Source of the DNA: Gammaproteobacteria bacterium
GTDB taxonomy: Bacteria > Pseudomonadota > Gammaproteobacteria > JABXHR01
Length of the DNA stretch: 51,829 nt
Reading direction: 5' to 3'
Assembly: GCA_013373515.1 (NCBI GenBank)
Contig: JABXHR010000006.1
Location: forward strand, 1 to 51,829
Made by a program: the position numbers and the translations under genes
Notes under the pieces: generated by a model
Seen by the model: the letters and a program-made list of their open reading frames with translations, nothing else
The model's database searches: none
Told to the model about the DNA's origin: nothing
Part shown: positions 20,641 through 30,906 of the stretch, one piece after another
How the letters are laid out: each line of letters starts with the position of its first letter
Numbering within the stretch: position 1 is the first letter of the stretch

Positions 20641-21741
20641 ATGGCCGCTGCAAAAAATCCAATCATGATGCCAATTCGCCATGTCCTGCCTGGGACGGTT
20701 GTGCTGATGAGTATTTTCTTGTGCTGTTTATTGCTCAGCAGCGGATTTTTGCAAATCGATGTGGTTTGGCGCTGGTCCGGCGTGGCCACAGACTACGCGG
20801 ACAGTCGGTTTCTACTGAGCATCGATGCCGATTCGTTCAAAACCTCACCCATCCTCAACGCCTACACCAGCATCCAGTTTTGGCTGACGCAATTTGCACT
20901 GTTTAGCCTCACGCTGATCACCCCGCTATTTCGTCCGCGCTATGCTTTGAGCATTTTTTGTGGCTATGCGCTGGTGGTCGGCCTTGCCGCAGTGTGGGTT
21001 TTGCCCAGCATCGTCTATCAAGCCTATGTGTGCTTAACGCTGGTCGCCGCTGGCTATGGGTTGTTTTTCTTGGTCTCGGAGGCGCGTGAAAAGCACCTAT
21101 TGACCCTGCTGTTCTCGCGCTTTGTGCCACCTGCATTGATTCAGCGCTTTAATCTCGACCAGCGTGCTTTTTATCTGGATACCGAACCTAAGCAGCTGAC
21201 GATTTTGTTCTGTGACATTCACAGCTTTACCACCATATCAGAGCGCATGTCACCCGCACTGCTGGCGCAATGGTTAGGCGAATATTTTGAAGTTGTCACC
21301 CAAGTGATCGAACTTAATCACGGCACCATCGACAAATATATGGGCGACAGTGTCATGGCCATTTGGGGCGCACCCGAGAGCCAGCCAAATCATGCCAATC
21401 ACGCACTGAGTGCAGCACACCAAATCATGAGCGAACTGGCATTTTTGAATCGAAAACTCGAAGCCATAGGTCTGCCGCCGGTCAAGGTGGGCGTCGGGGT
21501 AGCCAGCGGCGTTTGCAATGTCGGGATTATGGGCTCGCACGAGCGGCGAAGCTACACGGTGGTCGGCGACGTGGTCAACACCGCCCAGCGCCTCGAAAAA
21601 CTCACCCGCCGCTACAGCACGCCGATTTTGTTCAATGAGACCACTGCAGTGCTCGCTACCGAGTGGCCGAGCCAAGAGCTCGGTTCAGAGTATGTTCGTG
21701 GCCGCAAGCGCTTTGTATCGATTTACAAGCCCAAGTCCTAG
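20641..21741 (+). CDS. Membrane-anchored class III adenylate cyclase
   Basis: CDIHSFT, DKYMGD, YTVVGDVVNTAQRLE; Lys/Thr specificity pair points to ATP; N-terminal TM segments. Confidence 0.88.
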   Translation: MAAAKNPIMMPIRHVLPGTVVLMSIFLCCLLLSSGFLQIDVVWRWSGVATDYADSRFLLSIDADSFKTSPILNAYTSIQFWLTQFALFSLTLITPLFRPRYALSIFCGYALVVGLAAVWVLPSIVYQAYVCLTLVAAGYGLFFLVSEAREKHLLTLLFSRFVPPALIQRFNLDQRAFYLDTEPKQLTILFCDIHSFTTISERMSPALLAQWLGEYFEVVTQVIELNHGTIDKYMGDSVMAIWGAPESQPNHANHALSAAHQIMSELAFLNRKLEAIGLPPVKVGVGVASGVCNVGIMGSHERRSYTVVGDVVNTAQRLEKLTRRYSTPILFNETTAVLATEWPSQELGSEYVRGRKRFVSIYKPKS

Positions 21742-22508
21742 AGTGACCGGCCAATCTCGAGCAGCAACTGATGCAGCTCATCACTATTTGCAGCAGCGAC
21801 CGTTGTGGTATCAAGACCGATATCACCGCCCTTTAGATCGGTCATCACGCCGCCAGCCTCTCGAACAATCACCGTCAACGCAGCAATATCTAATATATTG
21901 ACCTCAGCTTCACAAATCATGTCGATCGACCCGGACGCCAGCAAGTGATAATGCAAAAAATCGCCATAACCGCGATGGCGATGTGCACCACGCATGGTCT
22001 GCGCAAGCTTGGCCAAGGCCGTTGGATTATCGAGCAAGGGATTGAGATTGCCGGTAGACAAGATCGAGCGTGCCAATGGTTTGGCCACGTCCACGCCAAT
22101 ACGCTTGCCATCCATATAAGCGCCCTCGCCTTTGACCGCCCACGCCAGCTGGCCATAAACCGGTGCCGAAGACACGCCAAGCACCAACTCGCCCTTATGC
22201 ATCAACGCAATTTGCGTGGAAAACACGGGATAGTGCCGCACAAAGCTCTTGGTGCCATCAATGGGGTCAATCAGCCATAAATAGTCCGCATCTGGCTGCG
22301 CTTGGCCGAGTTCTTCGCCATAAAAACCATGCTCTGGAAATGCTGCTTCAAGACGCGCACGAATGGCGCGTTCGGAGGCAATATCGACCTCAGTGACGGG
22401 CGAAGCATCCGACTTATACTGCACATCAAATGCACGATCATAGTGTTCGCGGATAATCGCGGCGGCGTCTGCAGCCGCGGCTTTGGCTTGTTCGAGAAAT
22501 TCCTGCAT
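21738..22508 (-). CDS. Inositol monophosphatase family, HisN-like histidinol-phosphatase
   Basis: KSDASPVT, GEE, WLIDPIDGTKSF, RGYGDF, DIAAL. Confidence 0.85.
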   Translation of the reverse strand: MQEFLEQAKAAAADAAAIIREHYDRAFDVQYKSDASPVTEVDIASERAIRARLEAAFPEHGFYGEELGQAQPDADYLWLIDPIDGTKSFVRHYPVFSTQIALMHKGELVLGVSSAPVYGQLAWAVKGEGAYMDGKRIGVDVAKPLARSILSTGNLNPLLDNPTALAKLAQTMRGAHRHRGYGDFLHYHLLASGSIDMICEAEVNILDIAALTVIVREAGGVMTDLKGGDIGLDTTTVAAANSDELHQLLLEIGRSL

Positions 22509-22569
22509 CTTGGCTTTGATTCGATATACAAACCGTGCATTATACCTGCCTTATCTTTTTGTTTTACTT

Positions 22570-24585
22570 ATGTCTGGTTTAAACCCACAGCAACTGCGCG
22601 CCGTGCGCCACACCTCCGGGCCATTATTGGTGCTCGCTGGCGCAGGCAGCGGCAAAACCAGCGTCATCACCCAGAAGATCGCTCATCTGGTGCATCACCA
22701 CCAAATCTCGCCGCGCAATGTGTTTGCCGTGACCTTTACCAACAAAGCCGCCGCCGAGATGCGTGAGCGTGCCGGAAACTTGATGGACAAAGAGCAGGCA
22801 CAGCAGCTCAACGTGTCCACCTTTCACACGCTGGGGCTGCGTTTTCTGGCCGAGGAAGGCAAGCATCTAGGACTGCGCAAGGGCATGACCATCATGGACC
22901 CCACCGACTGCCTTGGGGCGATCAAAACCCTGCGCTCTGAAGACAGCATGCACGGGCCCGGCGAAGACGAGGACATTCGCAATCGCATCTCGATGCTCAA
23001 GAATATGGGCGTCAGTGCCGAGCTAGCGCTCGCCAATGCCGGCGATCTCTCCGAGCAATACATTGCCCGCGTCTATAGCCGCTACGATGAGCTGATTCGC
23101 GCCTACAATGCGGTGGATTTTGACGATCTCATCGTGCTGCCGACCAAACTCCTGCGCGAAAACGCCGACGTGCGCGAGAAGTGGCAAAATCGCGTGCGCT
23201 ATTTGCTAGTCGATGAATATCAAGACACCAATATCACCCAGTACGAGTTGGTGCGGTTGTTGGTCGGCATCCGCGGACAGCTCACCGCCGTGGGCGATGA
23301 TGATCAATCGATCTACGCGTGGCGCGGCGCACGACCAGAAAACTTGGCAGCGCTACAAACCGATTTTCGCAACCTCACGCTAATTAAGCTCGAGCAAAAT
23401 TACCGCTCCACCGAGCGAATCCTGCGCGCGGCCAATGAACTGATCGCCCATAACCCACACGAGTTCAACAAGGCACTGTGGTCCAATAACGGCGAAGGCG
23501 AGCATCTGAAAATCGTTCAGTGCGCCAACGGCCACGACGAGACCGATTGGGTCGCGGCCAGTATTCTCAATCACAAGCTGCGCTATCGCACAAAATTTAA
23601 AGACTACGCGGTGCTGTTTCGCGGCAAACAATTGGTGCGTTCGCTAGAGCGCGCCATGCGCGAGAAGGACATTCCCTATCGCGTGGCGGGCACCCAGTCA
23701 TTTTTTGATCGGCCAGAGGTCAAAGACTGTCTGGCATATCTACGGATCGCGGCCAATCCCGCCGATGACACCGCGCTCTTGCGCGTCATCAATACCCCTA
23801 AGCGGCAAATCGGTTCTGCCACCCTCGAAAAACTCGGTAATTTTGCCCACGAAGTCCACACGAGCCTATTCGAAGCCGCCAAACACCGCGCATGCCGTCA
23901 AGTATTGGGCGACGCCACCTATGAACGCGTGCGCCAGTTTGTGCAGACCATCGACGACATCCGTTACAAGTCATTATCCATGAGTGTGGCGGACGCCATG
24001 GCCAGCATGCTGGAATCCATCGATTATAACGGCTGGATTCGAGAAACCACCGACAGCCAAGCCGCAGGCGATAAGCGTATTGAGAACGTCAACGAACTGC
24101 TAATGTGGATGAAGCGCATCGCCGAAAAATCTCTCGAGAAAGCCACGCTGGAGGGCATCGCCAACCATCTAAGCCTCGTCGATATGCTCGATCGACAAAA
24201 CGACGAAGAGGATAGTGATTCCGTGGCGTTGATGACCCTCCATGCCTCCAAAGGCTTAGAGTTTCCACACGTCACCATTATCGGCTTCGAAGAAGATATC
24301 CTGCCACACCGCAATAGCATCGACCAAGACACCGTCGAAGAAGAGCGCCGCCTTGCATACGTCGGCCTCACCCGAGGGCGCAAAACCGTCACCCTCACCC
24401 ACACTCGCTATCGCACCAAGCTCGGCAAACCCGTGCCCAGCAAAGTCAGCCGTTTTCTCGAAGAGCTGCCGCAGGACGATTTAAAATTCTTGGGCTATGA
24501 CAGCGTCGAGCAAAGCGGCGAAGACAAAAAGCAGAGCGCTCTTGATAACCTTGCTGCAATCGAAGCGCTACTGAATCCAAAATAG
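22570..24585 (+). CDS. rep: ATP-dependent DNA helicase Rep
   Basis: AGAGSGKT, VDEYQDTN, VGDDDQSIY, KLEQNYRS, NPH.F.K.LWS (Rep-like), MTLHASKGLEF. Confidence 0.9.
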   Translation: MSGLNPQQLRAVRHTSGPLLVLAGAGSGKTSVITQKIAHLVHHHQISPRNVFAVTFTNKAAAEMRERAGNLMDKEQAQQLNVSTFHTLGLRFLAEEGKHLGLRKGMTIMDPTDCLGAIKTLRSEDSMHGPGEDEDIRNRISMLKNMGVSAELALANAGDLSEQYIARVYSRYDELIRAYNAVDFDDLIVLPTKLLRENADVREKWQNRVRYLLVDEYQDTNITQYELVRLLVGIRGQLTAVGDDDQSIYAWRGARPENLAALQTDFRNLTLIKLEQNYRSTERILRAANELIAHNPHEFNKALWSNNGEGEHLKIVQCANGHDETDWVAASILNHKLRYRTKFKDYAVLFRGKQLVRSLERAMREKDIPYRVAGTQSFFDRPEVKDCLAYLRIAANPADDTALLRVINTPKRQIGSATLEKLGNFAHEVHTSLFEAAKHRACRQVLGDATYERVRQFVQTIDDIRYKSLSMSVADAMASMLESIDYNGWIRETTDSQAAGDKRIENVNELLMWMKRIAEKSLEKATLEGIANHLSLVDMLDRQNDEEDSDSVALMTLHASKGLEFPHVTIIGFEEDILPHRNSIDQDTVEEERRLAYVGLTRGRKTVTLTHTRYRTKLGKPVPSKVSRFLEELPQDDLKFLGYDSVEQSGEDKKQSALDNLAAIEALLNPK

Positions 24586-24593
24586 GAGCGCAT

Positions 24594-25046
24594 ATGAACT
24601 GGGCCAGCACCGACCCCAAAGCCCTTACCGAAGCCCTTCACAAGGCAATACCGGCTTTCGCCGCCATGCAAGGTGAGATTACTTACATTGATGATGACAC
24701 CGTGCGTATGACCGCGCCGCTGGCCCCTAACAAAAACGTTCACGGCAGCGGCTTTGCCGGTAGCTCGATGTCTTTGCCCTCCGTTGCGGGCTGGGTGATT
24801 GCGCAGCGCATGGCGTTTAATCTGTATGGCGAGCGCGGCATAACAGTACTTCGCAGCTGTAGCGGCGATTTCAGCGCACCGGTCAATGGCCAATTTGAAA
24901 TCGAGGCGTCGCTGGTGAATCAAGAGGCGCGTCGCAACGGCATTGCCATCGAGGTACAAGGCTCCGTCAAGCATGGCGGACACTTGTGCTCATCAGTCAG
25001 CATGCTGTTTCGTGTGCTAGAACAAACGCTTGCTGAGCCAGTGTAA
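24594..25046 (+). CDS. YiiD C-terminal-like hotdog-fold thioesterase
   Basis: TAPLAPNKNVHGSGFAGS...GW motif. Confidence 0.8.
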   Translation: MNWASTDPKALTEALHKAIPAFAAMQGEITYIDDDTVRMTAPLAPNKNVHGSGFAGSSMSLPSVAGWVIAQRMAFNLYGERGITVLRSCSGDFSAPVNGQFEIEASLVNQEARRNGIAIEVQGSVKHGGHLCSSVSMLFRVLEQTLAEPV

Positions 25047-25258
25047 ATCGGTGCACTAACATCGATTCAGATGTGCACAAGCTTACACGCATGCGGTTTA
25101 TTCACCGAGAACTCACTGCTCGCCAATATGCTTACCCATATGTGCTATGCCGATACTGTTGTTGTTATACTCGGGGCAAATAATGATAAGTCGCGGCACC
25201 TCTCGTCTTAACTGCGGATCAATACGACGAAAAGACACCCGCCTTAAAAGGAATTTCC

Positions 25259-27400
25259 TTGCTGACGCTTTTGGTCAATATTTTGATTGCCGGTGTTTAC
25301 CTGTTTGCCCCCATGGCGTGGGTCGATGGCACCTACATAATCGCTGGCATTCTCTCCGCCACCGTCGCCTGTCTGAGTTATCGCCACACAGGCATGATCA
25401 GCGATCGTTTTCGGCTTTTTCAAATCATTATTAGCGCAATTGCAATTGGTGCTTTCTTTGGCACAAACTACCAACTCCAGTCGAACACCGTGAACGATGG
25501 GTTTTATTTCGACATGGTTGGCAATATTTTGATCGGGCCACTTTGCGTCATTTGGCTCATTAAAATTGTTGATACGGGCAATTTTGAGTCCTTTGGTATC
25601 AGCAGTTTTATTCTCTGGATTGGCATTGCGTTTAATGTCTTTTTGCTTGATTTGGCGTTGAGCGAATACTCGCCCCAAAATAACCCACAAAAGCTTGCAC
25701 ATTACTTGAACATCGCAGCGATCATCTCTGTGGGTGCAGCACTGGCATTAGCCATTCAAATTAGAATTCAAGTCAGATTGCCTTTGGCTGCGAAACGCTT
25801 GCTATTGCTGTCGGTCATCTTCTTTTTTGGCCGACTACTCTTGATTCGCATAAACACCATGACCGGGTGGTTAGACGACCAGACATTGGGCCGCGTCAGC
25901 GCAGCACTCTATGCACTGGCCGTCGGTCTAAATCTGATGACGATCAAAAAACTCAAGAGCGCAAATTTTGTCTTTCCGGTCAAAACCAAGTCTACCCGTC
26001 TGGCGTACGCCAGTGGGCTACCCATCCTTCCACTGGCTTTGTGCATTCCACTCAGTGCCCTGACCTGCGAAATTCTTGGTATCTCAATGCCACTCAATCA
26101 ATTGTCCGCAGCGCTCAGCAGCATGCTGGTGCTTTTGGCCGTTATTGCTGTGGTGCTGTGGCAATCGCACAAAATTCAAGATCAAAAACAGCATTTGCAA
26201 ACCCTGTTAGATCAAGATGACTTGACTGGGTTGCTCAGCAGACGCGGCTGGAGTAACGCACTCAACACGATCGACAGAGACCACTGGCTAGTGACCATTG
26301 ATCTGAATCACTTCAAACCGATCAACGATTTACACGGTCACCACTTTGGTGATGAGGTGCTGCGGTGGGTGGCAAGTCTATTGAACGCGAGTCCAAATAT
26401 CACTGCTGCCGCGCGGGTGTCGGGCGACGAGTTTCATTGCATAATGCGCACGGCATCAGTAGAGGTTGACCTTGGCGCACTGAGTCAAAAGTTAAATCAA
26501 CCCTATTGCATACAATCTCGAACGATCAACTTATCGGCAGCGATCGGCGCAGCACAGTATCGACATCAACCGCTGACTGAGTTATCGGCAGAAGCGGATA
26601 CACAAATGTATATCGCCAAGCGCACAGGGGCGCCGTTGAGCTATGCCAGTGCCGCCTCCGCTGCGCACTTCGAGCGAAGTGAGATTTTGGCGGCTCTCGA
26701 CAATGCGCTTTCGACGGGCCACATACTGCTGGCCCAACAGCCGATCGTTGACCTAGTCAGCCGACAGACGCGCGGTCATGAATATCTAATGCGACTTCGC
26801 AGCAAATCGGGACAAATTCTCGTGCCGTCGATGTTTTTGCCCGTGGCACGTGAGGTGGGCTCATTGACGCGATTAACACTGATGATGACCCATCAGATTG
26901 CCGTAAAATGGGACAAACACAGTCCTAATCAAATTCACTTTAACTTGCCGCCAGACTTGGCCATTGAGCCGAAATTACGCGAGAAAATTATCGAGTCGCT
27001 GCCCGAAAACAAGGTGGATCGACATCGCATCACCATTGAGGTCACCGAAGAACGTGACGTCAATCTAGAGGCACTCAGCGAAGCCGTGCAAGACTTCCGC
27101 AACCACGGTTTTAAAGTCGCCATTGATGATTTCGGCCATGCCAATTCATCGCTGGCCCGCTTGGCATCGACAAACTTTGACATCATCAAATTGGATCGAT
27201 CCTTGATATTGGCCAGTGAACGCGGCCAACCGGTCATCTTAGAGAGTGTGATTCGAATCGCCGAAAGGCTCAATACGGAGGTGATTATTGAGGGGATCGA
27301 GACGGTCAAACAGTACCAATTGGCCAAAGACGCCGGCATCTCACTCGGCCAAGGGTATTTGTTCACCGCAGACTGGCAAAAAGCCTCGTTCGCCGATTAA
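25259..27400 (+). CDS. Multi-pass membrane GGDEF-EAL protein
   Basis: Hydrophobic N-terminal ~300 aa; DDLTGL, FKPIND..GH..GD, SGDEF; EYL, IEVTE, DDFG, IKLD, EGIET, QGYL; TTG with AAAGGA RBS. Confidence 0.92.
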   Translation: MLTLLVNILIAGVYLFAPMAWVDGTYIIAGILSATVACLSYRHTGMISDRFRLFQIIISAIAIGAFFGTNYQLQSNTVNDGFYFDMVGNILIGPLCVIWLIKIVDTGNFESFGISSFILWIGIAFNVFLLDLALSEYSPQNNPQKLAHYLNIAAIISVGAALALAIQIRIQVRLPLAAKRLLLLSVIFFFGRLLLIRINTMTGWLDDQTLGRVSAALYALAVGLNLMTIKKLKSANFVFPVKTKSTRLAYASGLPILPLALCIPLSALTCEILGISMPLNQLSAALSSMLVLLAVIAVVLWQSHKIQDQKQHLQTLLDQDDLTGLLSRRGWSNALNTIDRDHWLVTIDLNHFKPINDLHGHHFGDEVLRWVASLLNASPNITAAARVSGDEFHCIMRTASVEVDLGALSQKLNQPYCIQSRTINLSAAIGAAQYRHQPLTELSAEADTQMYIAKRTGAPLSYASAASAAHFERSEILAALDNALSTGHILLAQQPIVDLVSRQTRGHEYLMRLRSKSGQILVPSMFLPVAREVGSLTRLTLMMTHQIAVKWDKHSPNQIHFNLPPDLAIEPKLREKIIESLPENKVDRHRITIEVTEERDVNLEALSEAVQDFRNHGFKVAIDDFGHANSSLARLASTNFDIIKLDRSLILASERGQPVILESVIRIAERLNTEVIIEGIETVKQYQLAKDAGISLGQGYLFTADWQKASFAD

Positions 27401-28677
27401 CGCGCTGCCAAGTGCTCTGCCGCTGTCTCAAATGCTGAGATCGTTTTTAAAACATCGTCATCAGACAATCCCAGATGCGGGTAGATCTTAGAGGGCGATT
27501 TTAAAATGCCCTCATCGCGCAACACTTTGTTGAACATTTTGGCAGCTTCGGCGTCGCCCCTGGCAACATCACGATAGTTCTCGATCGGCTTATCGCTAAA
27601 CACCACATCAAACAACGACGCCTCGCCGACAATTTGATGGGCAATTTGGCGCTTGGATAGTGACTCACTGAGTGCAGTTTGAAGTCGCAGACCAACTTGG
27701 GTCAGACGCTCGTATTGGCCCTCACGCGAGAGGACTTCAAGCGTCTTAAGACCCGCCACTGCCGCCAATGGGTTGCCGCTGAGCGTGCCGATTTGCAGTA
27801 CAAATCGATCAGTGGCGGTGGCATCAAAGTGGCGCATGATCTCTGACTGACCGGCGATGGCCGCAAGCGGCAACCCGCCTCCAATGGTTTTGCCCAAGGT
27901 ACATAAGTCAGGCGTCACGCCGTATAAGCCCTGCGCCCCTTGATAGGAGAAACGAAAGCCCGTCACCACTTCGTCAAATATCAACACTGCGCCGTACTTG
28001 TCGGCCAAGTCGCGTAGATGCTGCAAAAAGCCAGCTTTGGGCGGCACGATACGCTGCAAGGGCTCGACGATAATCGCGGCCACTTGATCGCCCTCTTTGG
28101 CCATCAAATCCGCAACATATTCAAAATCGTTATAGGGGCAGACGCGCATCGACGCCTGCACCGCCGCAGGAATGCCCGCCGTATCGGGCTGCGCTTTTGG
28201 GTAGTCGGCATTGCCTTTGGGAAAAGTGTTCATCAGCGCATCGGCAGACATGCCGTGATAGCCGCCTTCAAACTTCACAATCACCTCGCGCCCTGTGTGC
28301 GCCCGCGCAAGGCGCATGGCATACATATCCGCTTCACCGCCGGTACTGACATAGCGCAATTGCTCGGCACACGGCATGGCATCGACAATCACTTCGGCAA
28401 GCTCAATCCCCGCAGCATTGTTGGCGAAAAACGTCATGCCCTTTGACAACTGCGCATGCACTGCCTCCAGCACTTCTGGATGTCCATGCCCCAGCAGCAT
28501 GGGTCCGGAGCCAATCAGATAGTCGATATATTCATTCCCGTCTTCATCGACCACCTTGGCACCGTGTCCTTCACGGATGACCAACGAGGGATCAAAGTTG
28601 CCAAAACCGCCGCCCGGCAGAACGCCCTTTGCACGTTCGATCCAGTCTGTTTGTCGATTAGAGGCGGTATCTAACAT
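27397..28677 (-). CDS. Class III PLP aminotransferase (GSA-aminomutase-like)
   Basis: FEGGYHG, IIVEP, FDEVVTGFR, PDLCTLGKTIGGG; lacks the HemL GGVNSPVR motif. Confidence 0.88.
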   Translation of the reverse strand: MLDTASNRQTDWIERAKGVLPGGGFGNFDPSLVIREGHGAKVVDEDGNEYIDYLIGSGPMLLGHGHPEVLEAVHAQLSKGMTFFANNAAGIELAEVIVDAMPCAEQLRYVSTGGEADMYAMRLARAHTGREVIVKFEGGYHGMSADALMNTFPKGNADYPKAQPDTAGIPAAVQASMRVCPYNDFEYVADLMAKEGDQVAAIIVEPLQRIVPPKAGFLQHLRDLADKYGAVLIFDEVVTGFRFSYQGAQGLYGVTPDLCTLGKTIGGGLPLAAIAGQSEIMRHFDATATDRFVLQIGTLSGNPLAAVAGLKTLEVLSREGQYERLTQVGLRLQTALSESLSKRQIAHQIVGEASLFDVVFSDKPIENYRDVARGDAEAAKMFNKVLRDEGILKSPSKIYPHLGLSDDDVLKTISAFETAAEHLAAR

Positions 28678-29764
28678 GAGCTTCTCCTAGCACACTGAGA
28701 TCGGGATTGACGCCAAGACCGGGGGCGTCAGAGACTGAAATGAAGCCGTTGTCGCGGCTGGGCGCAGTGGGATCTAGTCGCGGCCCAACATAGGACGACA
28801 AATCGCAGACATTGAGCAAAAATTTGGCCGGAGTTGATGCGCCCAGATGTAGCGCCACCGCGGTGGCGATGTCCGAGCCCCAGGTGTCTTCGATACACAT
28901 TTTGGCGCCCAAATGCAGGCACAAATCACGTGCCTTACGTGCCGCACTCACACCGCCGAACTTTGAGGTTTTTATGGCCACCGCCTGCATGCAACCGCGC
29001 TCAGCCCCTTCCAACAGCGAGGCAATATCGTGCGCACTTTCATCCAATTTCATGGCATGGCCGGTGGCCTCGTGCACGGTTTGACACTGGGTGATGGTTT
29101 CGCAGGGTTGCTCCAGCATAATGTCGAGCGACATCACTTCGCGCATCACACGGATGGCCGTGAGCGCATCGGCACCGGCGTTAAAATCGCCGTATACCAA
29201 CACATCATCCGGCACCGCGGCACGAATGCGCTGCAAACGCTCCACGTCATTGCGCCAATTGCCATCGGCACCGAGCTTGACTTGAATTTGACGAATACCG
29301 GCAGCCACCGCATCGATGGCGATTTGCTCCATCGTCTCAGGCTCTACACAACTAATGCTGTGATAAATCGGCAATTCACGCTGCGCCAAGCCACCCAAAA
29401 ACGCATATAGCGGCAGGTTGGCGGCTTTGGCCGTAATATCCCAGAGCGCCATATCGATCATCGACTTTGCGTATGGATGCCCGATGAGATAGCGATTGAG
29501 CTTGCTCATCAGGGCTTCGACCCCGATTGGATTCTCGCCCAGTATTTCGTGCTGTAAGTGCTTGACCGCCGGAATCACACCATCTGCATAAGCAGGCAGA
29601 TAATGCGGAATCGGGCACACCTCTCCCCAGCCACTGATCCCCGAATCGGTATCGAGGCGCAGCACAATGGAATCCACCGTATCGCAGGTTTTGCCCTCGG
29701 CCATTTGATAGCGCAAATGGCTGGTCAGCGGGACGGTCCAAAGGTTGATCGCAGTAATTTTCAT
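28658..29764 (-). CDS. Enolase superfamily (MR/MLE) enzyme, HpbD/hydroxyproline-type subgroup
   Basis: GWGEVCP, QVKLG, DFN, EQP, DES, IKTSKFGG, EDTWGSDI, PGLGV. Confidence 0.88.
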   Translation of the reverse strand: MKITAINLWTVPLTSHLRYQMAEGKTCDTVDSIVLRLDTDSGISGWGEVCPIPHYLPAYADGVIPAVKHLQHEILGENPIGVEALMSKLNRYLIGHPYAKSMIDMALWDITAKAANLPLYAFLGGLAQRELPIYHSISCVEPETMEQIAIDAVAAGIRQIQVKLGADGNWRNDVERLQRIRAAVPDDVLVYGDFNAGADALTAIRVMREVMSLDIMLEQPCETITQCQTVHEATGHAMKLDESAHDIASLLEGAERGCMQAVAIKTSKFGGVSAARKARDLCLHLGAKMCIEDTWGSDIATAVALHLGASTPAKFLLNVCDLSSYVGPRLDPTAPSRDNGFISVSDAPGLGVNPDLSVLGEAHVRYRL

Positions 29765-29770
29765 GGTTGA

Positions 29771-30877
29771 TTATCCGTACACAGCAACAGGGTCTCCCAG
29801 CAGCGCCTCGTCTGGGTGAACCCCTAAACCTGGCGACTCTGGTAGGTGCAAATATCCATCAATATTGCGCGGCCCTTTGCCCGGGGCAATATCGGCGGTG
29901 ATCATATCTTGGCAAGCCCAGACCGCGTGGATATTGGCATCGGGGATTGTCGCAGCCAAATGCAGGGCTTCGCAGTCGGCCAGCACCGAACCACCCGTGG
30001 CCATCACGAACATATCGATGCCATGTGCCAAGGCAATATCGCGCATTCTGGCCGCCTTAGTGAGTCCGCCCACGCGATTGAGCTTGATGCCAAACACCTC
30101 TGCCAAGCCGTCACGCGCAATGCGCGCCGCATCTTGCAGGGTGACCAGACTTTCATCCACACTGACCGGCGCACTGTGCAAAGGGCGAATCGCAGCAATG
30201 TCGTCCAGCGTTTCGCAGGGCTGCTCAAACATCACCCGCTGCGACTCGGTGGCTTTCATCACGCGCAGCGCCTGTTGGCGCGTCCAGCCGCGATTGACGT
30301 CATACAGAATGATTTCGCCGGGTTTCTTGAAGGATTCAACGTCTAGAATCCGCGCCACATCACGCTCGACATCGCCGCCAATTTTGACCGAATGCGCCAC
30401 ATAACCCCGATCGCGGTAGCGTGTCATCACCTCGCGCGTTTGCTCCATGGTTTTCGCGCCCACCGACGAGGCAATGGGCTTGGGCGTGCGACTACCGCCG
30501 CCCATCAAATCGGCAATCGGCAGACCCGCCGCCTGACCCGCAATATCCCAGCACGCCATATCGATCGGTGATTTGGCGTAGAGATGGCCGGGCAGCGCCA
30601 AATCCATTGCCCGCTCGACCTCTAGCACCTTGCGCGGATCGAGGCCCATCACAAATGGCGACATGGTCTCGATCCCCGCGCGAATACCCGGGCCATGCGC
30701 GGGCACGTAGGTATGCCCCCACGGCGTGCCCTCGCCCCAACCTGTGATGCCAGCATCGGTCTCAATTTTGACCAACGTGGCATCCAAACATTCAAACTTC
30801 AGCCGACCGCCAGATAGCCAATAGGGTTCTGTCAGCGGCAGGTCGACTTGAAAGACCGATATTTTTGTTATTTTCAC
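29771..30877 (-). CDS. Enolase superfamily (MR/MLE) enzyme
   Basis: GWGEGTP, HSVKIG, DVN, EQP, DES, IKLNRVGG, PGLGV. Confidence 0.88.
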   Translation of the reverse strand: MKITKISVFQVDLPLTEPYWLSGGRLKFECLDATLVKIETDAGITGWGEGTPWGHTYVPAHGPGIRAGIETMSPFVMGLDPRKVLEVERAMDLALPGHLYAKSPIDMACWDIAGQAAGLPIADLMGGGSRTPKPIASSVGAKTMEQTREVMTRYRDRGYVAHSVKIGGDVERDVARILDVESFKKPGEIILYDVNRGWTRQQALRVMKATESQRVMFEQPCETLDDIAAIRPLHSAPVSVDESLVTLQDAARIARDGLAEVFGIKLNRVGGLTKAARMRDIALAHGIDMFVMATGGSVLADCEALHLAATIPDANIHAVWACQDMITADIAPGKGPRNIDGYLHLPESPGLGVHPDEALLGDPVAVYG

Positions 30878-30906
30878 GAATGCGAGTCCTGTAGATTTGC
30901 CGCCAG

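Noticed and set aside
27397-28677. hemL
   Set aside because: Lacks the GGVNSPVR signature and sits in a catabolic operon
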